Origin: Eledone cirrhosa
Lineage: Eukaryota
Assembly: GCA_964016885.1 (NCBI GenBank)
Contig: OZ024743.1
Coordinates: 84,072,001 to 84,136,000, forward strand
Reading direction: 5' to 3'
DNA length: 64,000 bases
The position numbers and the translations under genes were made by a program. This document shows positions 54,276 through 64,000 of the stretch, piece after piece (position 1 is the first letter of the stretch; each line of letters opens with the position of its first letter). The notes below the pieces were generated by a model. It worked only from the letters and a program-made list of their open reading frames with translations. It had not been told where the DNA came from and made no database searches.

Positions 54276-54415
54276 ATATATATGATATATATATGATATA
54301 TATATGATATATATATGATATATATATGATATATATATGATATATATACATATATACATGGATTATATACATGATATATATATACATATGTATATATCTA
54401 TGAATATATACATAT

Positions 54416-54640
54416 TGCTCCAGTTACTCAGTTGTAGAAATGAGATGATAGGGACTGGGGTCCCTATCACTCCACTGCAAAGTGGTCGTGGAGGTACCAC
54501 GGCAAAAAAGCACCCAGCACTCACTGTAAATGAGGTTGGTGTTAGGAAGGGCATCCAGCTGTAGAAATCAAGCCAGAATCAGTTCCCGTCCCACCCTTGC
54601 AAGCAGGGAAAAGCGGACGTAAAATGATGATGATGATGAT
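54416..54640 (+). mobile_element. SINE family A, 5'-truncated
   Basis: Runs from tgctccagttactcag to the (GAT)n tail. Near-identical to the next copy. Confidence 0.85.
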
Positions 54641-54661
54641 GATATATATATATATATATAT

Positions 54662-54980
54662 GGAGGCACATGGCTTAGTGGTTAGAGCATTGGCCTTGCA
54701 ATCGAAAGGTTGTGAGTTCAATTCTCAGACCGGGTGATGTGTTGTTTCCTTGAGAAAGACACTTTATTTCACATTGCTCCAGTTACTCAGCTGTAGAAAT
54801 GAGATGATAGGGACCCCAGTCCCTATCACTCCACTGCAAAGTGGTCGTGGAGGTACCACGGCAAAAAAGCACCCAGCACTCACTGTAAATGAGGTTGGTG
54901 TTAGGAAGGGCATCCAGCTGTAGAAATCAGCCAGAATCAGTTCCCGTCCCACCCAAAAGCGGACGTAAAATGATGATGAA
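54662..54980 (+). mobile_element. SINE family A, full length
   Basis: tRNA-like head with A box TGGCTTAGTGG and B box GAGTTCAATTC, a central domain, and an RTE-derived tail. Confidence 0.88.
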
Positions 54981-55196
54981 AAAAAGAAAATATGATATAT
55001 ATACATATATACATGATATATATACATGATATATATACATATGTATATATCTATGAATATATACATATGTATATATATATGATATATATACATATACACA
55101 TATATATATACATGATATATATACATATATATACATAATATATATACATATATATATACATGATATATATACATATATACATGATATATATACATA

Positions 55197-55227
<31 letters not shown>

Positions 55228-55345
55228 CATGATATATATACATGATATATATATACATGATATATATACATATATACATGATATATATACATGATATATA
55301 TATATGAGATATATATACATGATAGATATAGATATATATATAGAT

Positions 55346-55401
<56 letters not shown>

Positions 55402-55405
<4 letters not shown>

Positions 55406-58400
55406 TAATGAAATTATTGTGTACAGTGCTCAGGTGCACTACAATTCATCAAAGGTGCATGTATAGTACATAGAATAATATACAAATGTCAGGAAAAGGA
55501 ACAGTGTATGAATCATGATATAATAATAATAATAATGAAATATTGTGTACAGTGCCCAGGTGCACCACAACTCATCAAAAAGTGCATGTACAGTACATAG
55601 GGCAATGCACAAACATCAGTAAAATGAACAGTGCACGAGTCATGATACACACATGTGTGCATGTGTATGGAAGGGGTACATCAGGTGTAGTTTTGGCATA
55701 TTTCGGGAAGCATGAGTGTCTTAAAGGATGCAGTGTCTCGGCAGCTAACAACTGATGCAGGCAGTTTGTTCCATGCTTCAGCAACTCTGAGCGTGAAAAA
55801 ATGTCTACGAAAGTCATGGGAACTGTGCTGTTTTCTGATTTTGTAGGCATGTCCACATGTGTTAGTCACATGGAGATCAAAAAGGTGCTCAGGGTTGCAA
55901 TTGGCGAGATGGTTAATAACTTTGTGGGTATTCACCAAGTCCATTGCCAGACGTCGGAGCTTCAATTAATCCATGCCCAGGGAAGCAAGGCGTTCAGAGT
56001 ATGGTAGGTGTCTGATGGAGGGTATGCGCTTGGTTACACGTCTCTGAACAATGTTCTGAACAAGATAGGGGTTCTGATTATGCGAATTCCAAGTGTGGTC
56101 GTACCATAGCTGTATACAGTTTTAAATAGATGGCTGGAGAGCGGCTAACAAAGGTCTTGCTGAGTGATTCCAAGACACCCTCGGCCTTCTTGACAATCTT
56201 AGAGACATGCTTTGTCCAATGCAAATCGCTGCTGACAGTAATGCCCAGGTTACGTTCACAAGAGAACTTCTTGATATCAGTGTTGTGGAGGGAGTATGGG
56301 GACGCTGGATTTTTCCTTCCAAAATGCATGGTGGTACACTTGTCCACAGCCAGTTTCAGTTGCCAGTCTGTGATCCATTGCTGCATTGTGTCCAGGTCTG
56401 ATTGTAGGAAAGAGTTGTAAATTTCAGGATCAGTCCTTTTGATTTCTAGGTACAGCTTGATGTCATCTGCATATTTCAGTACTGTGGCATTCTGTAAGTT
56501 GGCATCTATGTCATTAATATATGCCACAAACAAAAGGGGACCAAGAACAGATCCCTGTGGTACACCAGATGACATCTCATATGGTGAAGAATGCTGTCCT
56601 AGAACCGTGACTACTTCTTTTCGGCTGAGAATGAAGGATTTCAACCAGTCGAAAAGATCATCCCTCACACCCATTGCAGAGAGTTTTGTCATAAGTCTTT
56701 TGTGTGGCACAGAATTAAAAGCCTTAGCAAAGTCAAGGTAAACAACATCCACCCATGAGCCGCTGTCAGTGATCCGGGTGATGTCTTCAAGGAACTCGAT
56801 AAGCTGATCACAGCAGCTGGAGTTAGGGATAAATCCAAACTGTGAGGGCCGGATGAGGCTGTGAGAGCTCCAGAAGTTCCAAAGTGTTTCTCTGACACAA
56901 GATTCCATCAGTTTGGCCATACAGCTAGTAGGACTGACTGGACGATAGTTGACAAGTGACATGCGGTTGCCCTTTTTGAACAGGGGAATGACACTGGCAG
57001 TTTTCCACTGCTCCGGAGTAGCACCATTGTTGAGACAGTATTGAAAGAAGAAATAAAGCTGGCACAAAAGGAAATACCCGCCACGTTTGAGAAGCAGGTA
57101 TGTCACACCATCAAGACCAGGGGAGGCATAGTTGCGCTTATTCTTAAGGTGACGTCGCAACATTGCAGGTGTAAATTTCATAGTTGTTATGGAATTTGAT
57201 GTTAGAGATGGTGGAGATGGTACATTCTGGTTTTCAACAGTAAAAATACTTGCATAGCACTCAGCAATGAGTTCTGCGCATTCTTTGGGATCGTCAGTGA
57301 TCTGGCTTGTGTGGGGATTGCGAAGAGGACCAACTGGAGAGTGAGGGCTCTGCTTTGAATGAACATATTTCCAGAACACCTTACTATCAGGATTGGTTGC
57401 TATGCACTGTTCAAATTCAAGCACTGCCGTCTTTGTCACTTGCTTGAGATGGTTAGAAGATTTATTCCGCTTTTTTCTGTTGGCATCTGATTTAAGCAGT
57501 CTATATTCCCGTTCAGCGTTCCGACGTTCTTTCCTGGCAAGTCGGACCGCTGAAGTTTCCCAAATTGCACTTTTGGGGTGGTTATTTTTCCGCTTACATG
57601 GCACCGATGCTGCACACGCTATCCATATTGAGTCCAGGATGCTCTGGAGTATAGTGTTCACATCTCCAGAGTTATACATCTCATGCCAGTTTGGGCGCTG
57701 TAGCTCAGTGCAGTACAAGTTCCAATCCGCCCTCTTCCAATCAAAGCAAGCAGATTGGAGATGGCTCTGGTTTTTGTTGCTGCCCTCAAGTGCCAGATTG
57801 GCAATGATCATAGCATGATCAGAGTCGCCTAGAGGTTCCTCAGTAGTACAACTGATAACCACTTCAGGGGTAGTGGTGAAGATCAGGTCCAAAGTGTTGT
57901 CACCTCTTGTTGGAGAGGTGACTACTTGTGACCAGTTTGAGTCCAGCACTAGTTCAAGGAAATCGTTTGCACCGTGTGGCCAACGAAAGGTTTCCCAATC
58001 GATCTCAGGATGATTGAAGTCACCTGCAATAAACACATAAGTGGCTGTTTTCTTGGCAGCAACTCTGAGGATATCGCAAAGCTGTGTGTCCTGATGGTAG
58101 TTTGGGGGGCGATAAACAACACCAAGCAGAAGTGTTGACACGGTCATACATATGTCACAGAAAAAAACTTCTTCCTGTGATTCGTTCAAATCAACACAAG
58201 GAATTACCGAAAAGTTTGAACGAACGTAGACCATCACACCACCACCACGGCGATTAATGCGATCCTTGTGGAAAAGGTTGTACCCAATAATGCTGAAAAC
58301 CCCATCACAGAGCAACGAATGTGCCCATGTTTCTGTGACTGTGATGAAGTCAGGGTCGATGCTTCTGACGTAGGAGTTAAACAGATGTATCTTGTTGCAT

Positions 58401-58632
58401 AAACTGCGAGCATTTAAGGGCAACAATTTGTACCCTGCTCGCAGTTTATGATGGTGTGTAGAGGGTGGCAGGTTGTTCTGGTTTAGTTTCCCAAAGTTGT
58501 AGCAGTTTTTACATTGCCAGTTATTGTGGGTAGATCACACTCAGACCAGCTGGTATCTCTCTTCCACGTTTCACCAGCCTTAACAAACCTCCAGATCTGC
58601 CCATCATCACGCAGACTAAAACTTTCATGTTT
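55402..58632 (-). mobile_element. 5'-truncated CR1/L2-group LINE; ORF2 (56078-58426, EN+RT) broken near 56078; ORF1 tail remnant 58483-58630
   Basis: Motifs LNARSL, TETW, GVVYRPP, GDFNHP, SDH, YLDFAKAFNSV, GVPQGSVLGP, YADD and VRPHLEFA. The C-terminus continues in ORF 55681-55965. A 3' UTR segment is duplicated (about 55407 and 55533). Confidence 0.92.
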
Positions 58633-58933
58633 ATATATACATGATATATATATACATGATATATATACACATATATATATATACATGATATATATATACA
58701 TGATATATGTACATATATATATACATGATATATATACATATATATATACATGATATATATATATATATACATATATATACATGATATATATATATATATA
58801 TGCATGATATATATATACACTTCTTTACCTGCTGAGAACATGAGAATAAATACAACAAACCATTCTATCTGAGGCTCCAATGACTCAGCTGTTTCGCTGC
58901 CTAAGATGATATATATATATACATACACACACC

Positions 58934-59013
<80 letters not shown>

Positions 59014-59014
<1 letters not shown>

Positions 59015-59242
59015 TTATCCAGGTATTTACGACCGTTTCATTGGTAAGTGCAACCTTACATTGCTATACTGCAAATAGCAGCCACTCAATTATAATTGTT
59101 GTTCACAGTCCAAATTTTCAAAATAGTGAAAATTTTGAAGATTTGGACTGTGAACAACAATTATAATTGAGTGGCTGCTATTTGCAGTATAGCAATGTAA
59201 GGTTGCACTTACCAATGAAACGGTCGTAAATACCTGGATAAA
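59014..59242. repeat. Long palindrome with 111-bp arms, one mismatch and a 7-nt spacer
   Basis: 59014-59124 is the reverse complement of 59132-59242. Confidence 0.95.
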
Positions 59243-59410
59243 ATCTTTCTCTTATTGCTTACCTGTGTTTTCTCTTTTATACTTTTTACTCCAAGATTGA
59301 ACGGAATTCTTACAAACTTGTGGAGTTACCCCTAACCGTACGTTGAAACCATCCATGAAACTGGGTTTCTTAACCCCGAACTGGATCACAAAAAGCAATT
59401 TTCTGCTTCC

Positions 59411-59471
<61 letters not shown>

Positions 59472-59494
59472 TATTTTTTTATTTTTTTATGTAA

Positions 59495-59730
59495 AACACT
59501 GTAAAGTTGTCGAGTAGGTGTCCCAACAAAAAGCACTCAGCCCACACTGTAAATGTGGTTGTTGTTAGTAAGGACATCCAGCTGTAAAAACCAAGCCAGA
59601 AACTGTTCTCTATAAGTAAGACACAGTCACTTGTGTCACAAACAAGTGGAGAGATGCCATGCTGAGAAGGACCCGTCCAACCCATGCTAGCATGGAGAAG
59701 CAGATGTAAAAACGATGAAGATGATGATGA
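59495..59730 (+). mobile_element. RTE/SINE-A 3' tail fragment
   Basis: aaaagcactcagcccacactgtaaatgtggttg..catccagctgta..ccgtccaacccatgctagcatgg..gatgatg. Confidence 0.7.
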
Positions 59731-59862
59731 TAGATATGCTTTTAATTCTCTCAATCTAGATATATCTAGTGTGATTCCATGTTAATATGTATCATAATAC
59801 ATGCAGTTCTTGTTGGATCTAATGTGACTGAGAAAGCAAGTTTTGATATTTAAACTACTTAC

Positions 59863-59986
59863 ACAGGCCAAAGCTTGATTACCAGTAGATGCTGTCACAA
59901 CTCCTTTACTGGAATGGATTCTTTAAGCAAGCATAGTTTGTTAAACGCGCCGCGTACTTTGAAAGACCCTGTACACTGCAAATTTT
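59863..59986 (-). CDS. Dehydratase/racemase exon with the PLP-lysine motif; frameshifted
   Basis: ttttag|(E)NLQCTGSFKVRGAFNKLCLLKESI../SKGVVTASTGNQALAC|gtaagt. The exon is 124 nt where phase 1-0 needs 3n+2. In-frame TGA at 59895-59897. Confidence 0.85.
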
Positions 59987-60677
59987 CTAAAAGAGAAATC
60001 AAAGTCAAATATTTATATATGATTTGATCAACTGAAGAAATGTTTAAACAATATGTTGATTACTGAATGTTAATTGTAATGACTGAAAGAATACAAGTGG
60101 CTGGAATGGGGTTCCTTTGAAGCGTCTTTGGAGTAATGTTACTCAACAGAGTACGTAGCTCGCAGATCAGAGAGTCACTACTTTATTTTTATTGAAAGAT
60201 CACAGCTCTGGTACTACAAACATGTGGCTAGAATATTTCTGGACTGATTTTACAGGAAAAGCCAAAAAGAAGGAGAAGAAGGAGGAGGACAAGAAGTTGG
60301 TATGGGCTGGACAGAATGTTTTGAGACAATGTTTTACAGCCAGACGACACCAACCCTTTTAGTTGCCTCTTACCCCACACAGCAGAGATGTGGTGTATTT
60401 ATTCTAAAAACTGAATTACACACAGCAATAACTGATAATTAGTTTAATAGTTTAAATTTTCAAAGATCATATTGAAATAAGACTTCTTTCAATATCTCTC
60501 TATTCATTCAAAAACTGTTGATTCATTTTATTATTTGTGTGATCCTTCAGGCAACATAAAGATAAATGGATTTATTTGATTAGGTGGAATACAGCAGACA
60601 TCAAATGATTCTTTTCTTATTGGTCTGGTCAGGTGATAATGTTTAAGGCTTGGAATCAAGGTATGCAGTAAGATAAT

Positions 60678-60858
60678 TGTTTCTACTTTAGGCACAAGGC
60701 CAGCAATTACCCAGTGCATTACTGGTACTTTATTTTATCGACCCCGTAAGGATGAAAGGCAAAGTCAACCTCGGCGGGATTTGAACTCTGATCGTAAAGG
60801 GACGTAACTATGCTGGAAAGCATGGCGTCCGACCCTCTACCGATACTGCCAATCCACC
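60678..60858 (-). mobile_element. SINE family B with a 17-bp TSD
   Basis: GTATGCAGTAAGATAAT at 60661-60677 and 60859-60875 flanks gaccccgtaaggatgaaaggcaaagtcaacctcggcgggatttgaac. Confidence 0.88.
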
Positions 60859-61181
60859 GTATGCAGTAAGATAATGCTAGTAAATTGTTAATATGAAGTG
60901 AGAGTTCTCTGTAGCAATGGTCAATTTACTTGTCAATTGTGTGGAGTAAAGGGGTTTACCAGGGCCGGGTTATGTTTTTTTGAGGCCCTTAGCACTTAAA
61001 AGATTATGGTACCCCTCTCCCTCATCTCCTAATATATAAAATTTGCCAAAAACAATTTTTGTATAATGACTGGTACATTTGTTTTGAATAAAATGGTGCC
61101 ACTCTTTCCTTGATACTCGAAGCAATAAAAATTAAATTAGATTAAGGAATATAGTAGCAGGTCAACTCCTAAAATACTTAC

Positions 61182-61334
61182 CACATTTTATATATACATG
61201 AGAACCTTCTGCCATTTTAGACAAGAATGGAGAGTATTCCAGAGGTGTCACTCTAATATAGTTCTTTATTTTTTTTTTCACTTCATGAATTTGTTTTAAT
61301 GAAAGCAGTCGCACTTTCTTTAAACCGGAATTTT
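61182..61334 (-). CDS. Dehydratase/racemase exon, first visible coding exon
   Basis: tttcag|NSGLKKVRLLSLKQIHEVKKKIKNYIRVTPLEYSPFLSKMAEGSHVYIKC(G)|gtaagt; 153 nt, phase 1-1. Confidence 0.88.
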
Positions 61335-61419
61335 CTGAAAGGTAATATTTATTGATAGAAATAGTATAAATTATTAGTAAATTCACAGCCCTTGTAATTC
61401 TTCTTTAGGCTCTACATAT

Positions 61420-61850
61420 CTTATCTCAACCATCACACATCTGATCTCAGCTTCTGTACCACTGATCTCAGCCATCACACATTTGATCTCAGTTTCTGTA
61501 CCACTGATCTCAGCCATCACACATCTGATCTCAGTTTTTGTACCACTGATCTCAACCATCACACATCTGATCTCAGTTTCTGTACCACTGATCTCAGCCA
61601 TCACACATCTGATCTCAGCTTCTGCACCACTGATCTCAGCCATCACACATTTGATCTCAGTTTCTGTACCACTGATCTCAGCCATCACACATCTTATCTC
61701 AGTTTCTGTACCACTGATCTCAGCCATCACACATCTTATCTCAGTTTCTGTACCACTGATCTCAGCCATCACACATCTGATCTCAGTTTCTGTACCACTG
61801 ATCTCAGCCATCACACATCTTATCTCAGCTACTGCACCACTGATCTTGAT
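61420..61850. repeat. 42-bp minisatellite, ~10 copies
   Basis: ctgatctcagccatcacacatctgatctcagtttctgtacca is repeated. Confidence 0.92.
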
Positions 61851-62544
61851 CATCATGCTTCTGATCCCAGTAAATATACCAAGTAATCCGATCTTGGCCA
61901 CTGTACCACTGGTTTTATCCATAGCAACTCAGATTTTAGGTATTGAACTTTTCCTATTAGTCACCATACTGCTATGTAGAGAAATTCCATCACAATCATT
62001 TGACAATACACAATAAATTGCCAACAGTAACAGTATCAACAATTGTAAATGGCTGGTGCCTCACATATCAATAGATACGTTTAAAAACCACAAACTGTGC
62101 AGCTTATGCAAGGGAAGCAACTCAGTTGAAACCTTCGTGTAAATATATTTACACTGGAGTTTTCATTTCATTTCATATAGCTTCAGTCCACTCAGCTGAA
62201 AATGAGTAACAGCAGTAGCTTGGAGGTTAAGCCTGCGATGGATTGGTGTCCTGACCAGGAGGATATCTTTTACTCTCAGTTACGTAACGCCAATGAAACC
62301 AGGATAAGCACTGGTCTGATGAGCTTCTACTCTATGCATAGAGGTCTGTACGAGATGTTAGCAACCCGCACAATATATATCAGTGTATATTTAAAAACAA
62401 TAACATTGATACACACATACAGATATACGATAGAAAAATTACAGAAAAACTTAAATACTGGGATAAACCAATTTGTTTTCTAGCTACAAAGTATCGCTTT
62501 TTTCTGTGACGTTTTTCTTGGGTTGATATTTTCGTTCACTTCCT

Positions 62545-62715
62545 GACCTGCACCAGACAAATGTCTTGTTCACTGGAGCTGAGCTGCACCAGACAAATGT
62601 CGTCTCCTCACTGGAGCTGCACCAGTGTCGTCTCCTCACTGGAGCTGCACCAGATAAATGTCGTCTCCCCACTGGAGCTGCACCAGACAAATGTCGTCTC
62701 CTCACTCGAGCTGGT
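62545..62715. repeat. 33-bp minisatellite, ~5 copies
   Basis: ctgcaccagacaaatgtcgtctcctcactggag is repeated. Confidence 0.85.
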
Positions 62716-63354
62716 CCAGCCATTTCACAGCTATTTTACTTTCATTAATTGTTTTTTTGCCTTTCATCCTTACGAGGTCGATAAAATAAAGTACCAGTAA
62801 TGCTGGCCTTGTGCCAAAAGTAGAAACAATTAATTGTTTTAAACAACAAGGGAGCCCGACCTATTAGAAATAGCAGTCAAATCTACATCAAATTACATCC
62901 TTTCTTAAAAAATAAAGCTAAAAAAATGATTAAATAGAAATTTAATCATTTATGTATTTCATTGATATACTTAATATCTATTTAAAAAGAAAGAACAGCC
63001 ATATTGGATATTGTAGTCGGAGACATTGTTAGACGACCTTTGATAAAAACCAACATGGGGCTGAACCATATCTACATTTTACTTTTTTTTCTTCAGGCGT
63101 CAACCAAGGAGTTGACCCAACCTGCTAGAAATAACAACCAAACTTCACTAAAATTACACTTGAACATTTTTTCTTTTAACATAAACATATTAATGGCAGT
63201 GCCCCAGCATGGCCCCAGCCAGTCAGTGTAACACATAGAAGAGTCCTTAGATCACATAATCAGATATACCATGAGAAGGGAAGGATGTTCTCGTTAGATT
63301 GAGGTTTAAACTTTTTGGCTGTTGAAATTTTTTCTTATTTCAATTTATTATATC

Positions 63355-63515
63355 TGAAGGTGGGGAATTGGTGGAGTTGTTAGAACGTCGGCTACCTTGT
63401 CGTATTTGTTTCAACTCTCTTCTCTCTGAGTACAAATCTCGCTGAGGTTAACTTTGCCTTTCATCCATTCGGGGGCGATAAAAATGCACTAAAAAGTTTA
63501 GTACTGGGGTCAATT
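63355..63515 (+). mobile_element. Diverged SINE family B copy
   Basis: gaggttaactttgcctttcatccattcggggg.gataaaa core. Confidence 0.65.
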
Positions 63516-63524
63516 CTTCCTCTC

Positions 63525-64000
63525 TCTATCTCTGACGTTCTATCGTCTATCTTCCACCTGACGTTCTAACGTCTATCTTCCACCTGACGTTCTAACGTCT
63601 ATCTTCCACCTGACGTTCTAACGTATCTATCTTCCACTCGACATTCTAACGTCTCTATCTTCCACCCGACGTTCTAACTATCTATATTCCACCCGGCATT
63701 CTAACGTCTATGTTCTATCCGACATTCTAACGTCTCTATCTTCCACCCGACGTTCTAACGTCTATCTTCCACCTGACGTTCTAACGTCTATCCTCCACCT
63801 GACGTTCTAACGTATCTATCTTCCACTCGACATTCTAACGTCTCTATCTTCCAACCGACGTTCTAACGTCTATCTTCCACCTGACGTTCTAACGTCTATC
63901 TTCCACCTGACGTTCTAACGTATCTATCTTCCACTCGACATTCTAACGTCTCTATCTTTCAACCGACGTTCTAACGTCTCTATCTTCCAACCGACGTTCT
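63525..64000. repeat. 26-30-bp minisatellite running off the right edge
   Basis: ctatcttccacctgacgttctaacgt variants in tandem. Confidence 0.92.

Larger units (their letters stand above)
54161..55400. repeat. (TA)n/(CATGATATATA)n microsatellite matrix hosting the SINE pair
   Basis: Directly visible low-complexity tract. The same motif occurs at 40891-40924 and 58633-58817. Confidence 0.9.
34926..61334 (-). pseudogene. PLP-dependent threonine/serine dehydratase / serine-racemase family gene (fold type II); 7 exons seen, apparently disrupted; start-codon exon not identified
   Basis: Spliced motifs in order: [74 protein letters not shown]. All splice sites are GT-AG. Frameshift in exon 59863-59986; expected exon missing between 37861 and 35069. 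Family call is confident; pseudogene status less so. Confidence 0.7.

Noticed and set aside
54662-54735. tRNA gene
   Set aside because: A and B boxes are present, but the sequence continues into a SINE body and tail, and a full cloverleaf is not evident.
54093-55439. Tyr/Ile-rich ORFs (also 58483-59166)
   Set aside because: Translations of (TA)n/(CATGATATA)n microsatellite.
50518-57818. Antisense ORFs overlapping the two LINE ORFs
   Set aside because: Shadow frames of the LINE coding sequences with no independent motifs.

Overview
Repeat-dominated eukaryotic genomic DNA. The LINE/SINE inventory looks molluscan, probably octopus (inference). 1-24.58 kb is a hierarchical satellite (~200-bp subrepeat, ~0.8-0.9-kb monomer, 1.69-kb and 1.27-kb higher-order units) carrying conserved palindromes. 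24.6-34.9 kb is a graveyard of SINEs, RTE, CR1/L2, Helitron-like, Penelope-like, mariner and MITE fragments. On the minus strand, 61334-34926, are seven GT-AG exons of a PLP-dependent threonine/serine dehydratase-racemase family gene. It appears damaged: a frameshift in the PLP-lysine exon, one expected exon not found, and two altered motifs. Its 19.8-kb intron holds an ~18-kb nested insertion (40891-58829) bounded by a 16-bp direct repeat that splits an older SINE. Inside are an intact RTE LINE (1092-aa EN-RT ORF with an embedded C4HC3 PHD-type finger) preceded by 17.5 near-identical 539-bp 5' monomers, a tandem SINE pair and a disrupted CR1/L2-like LINE. A 111-bp-arm palindrome lies just outside the insertion. 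No CRISPR, rRNA or genuine tRNA genes were found.
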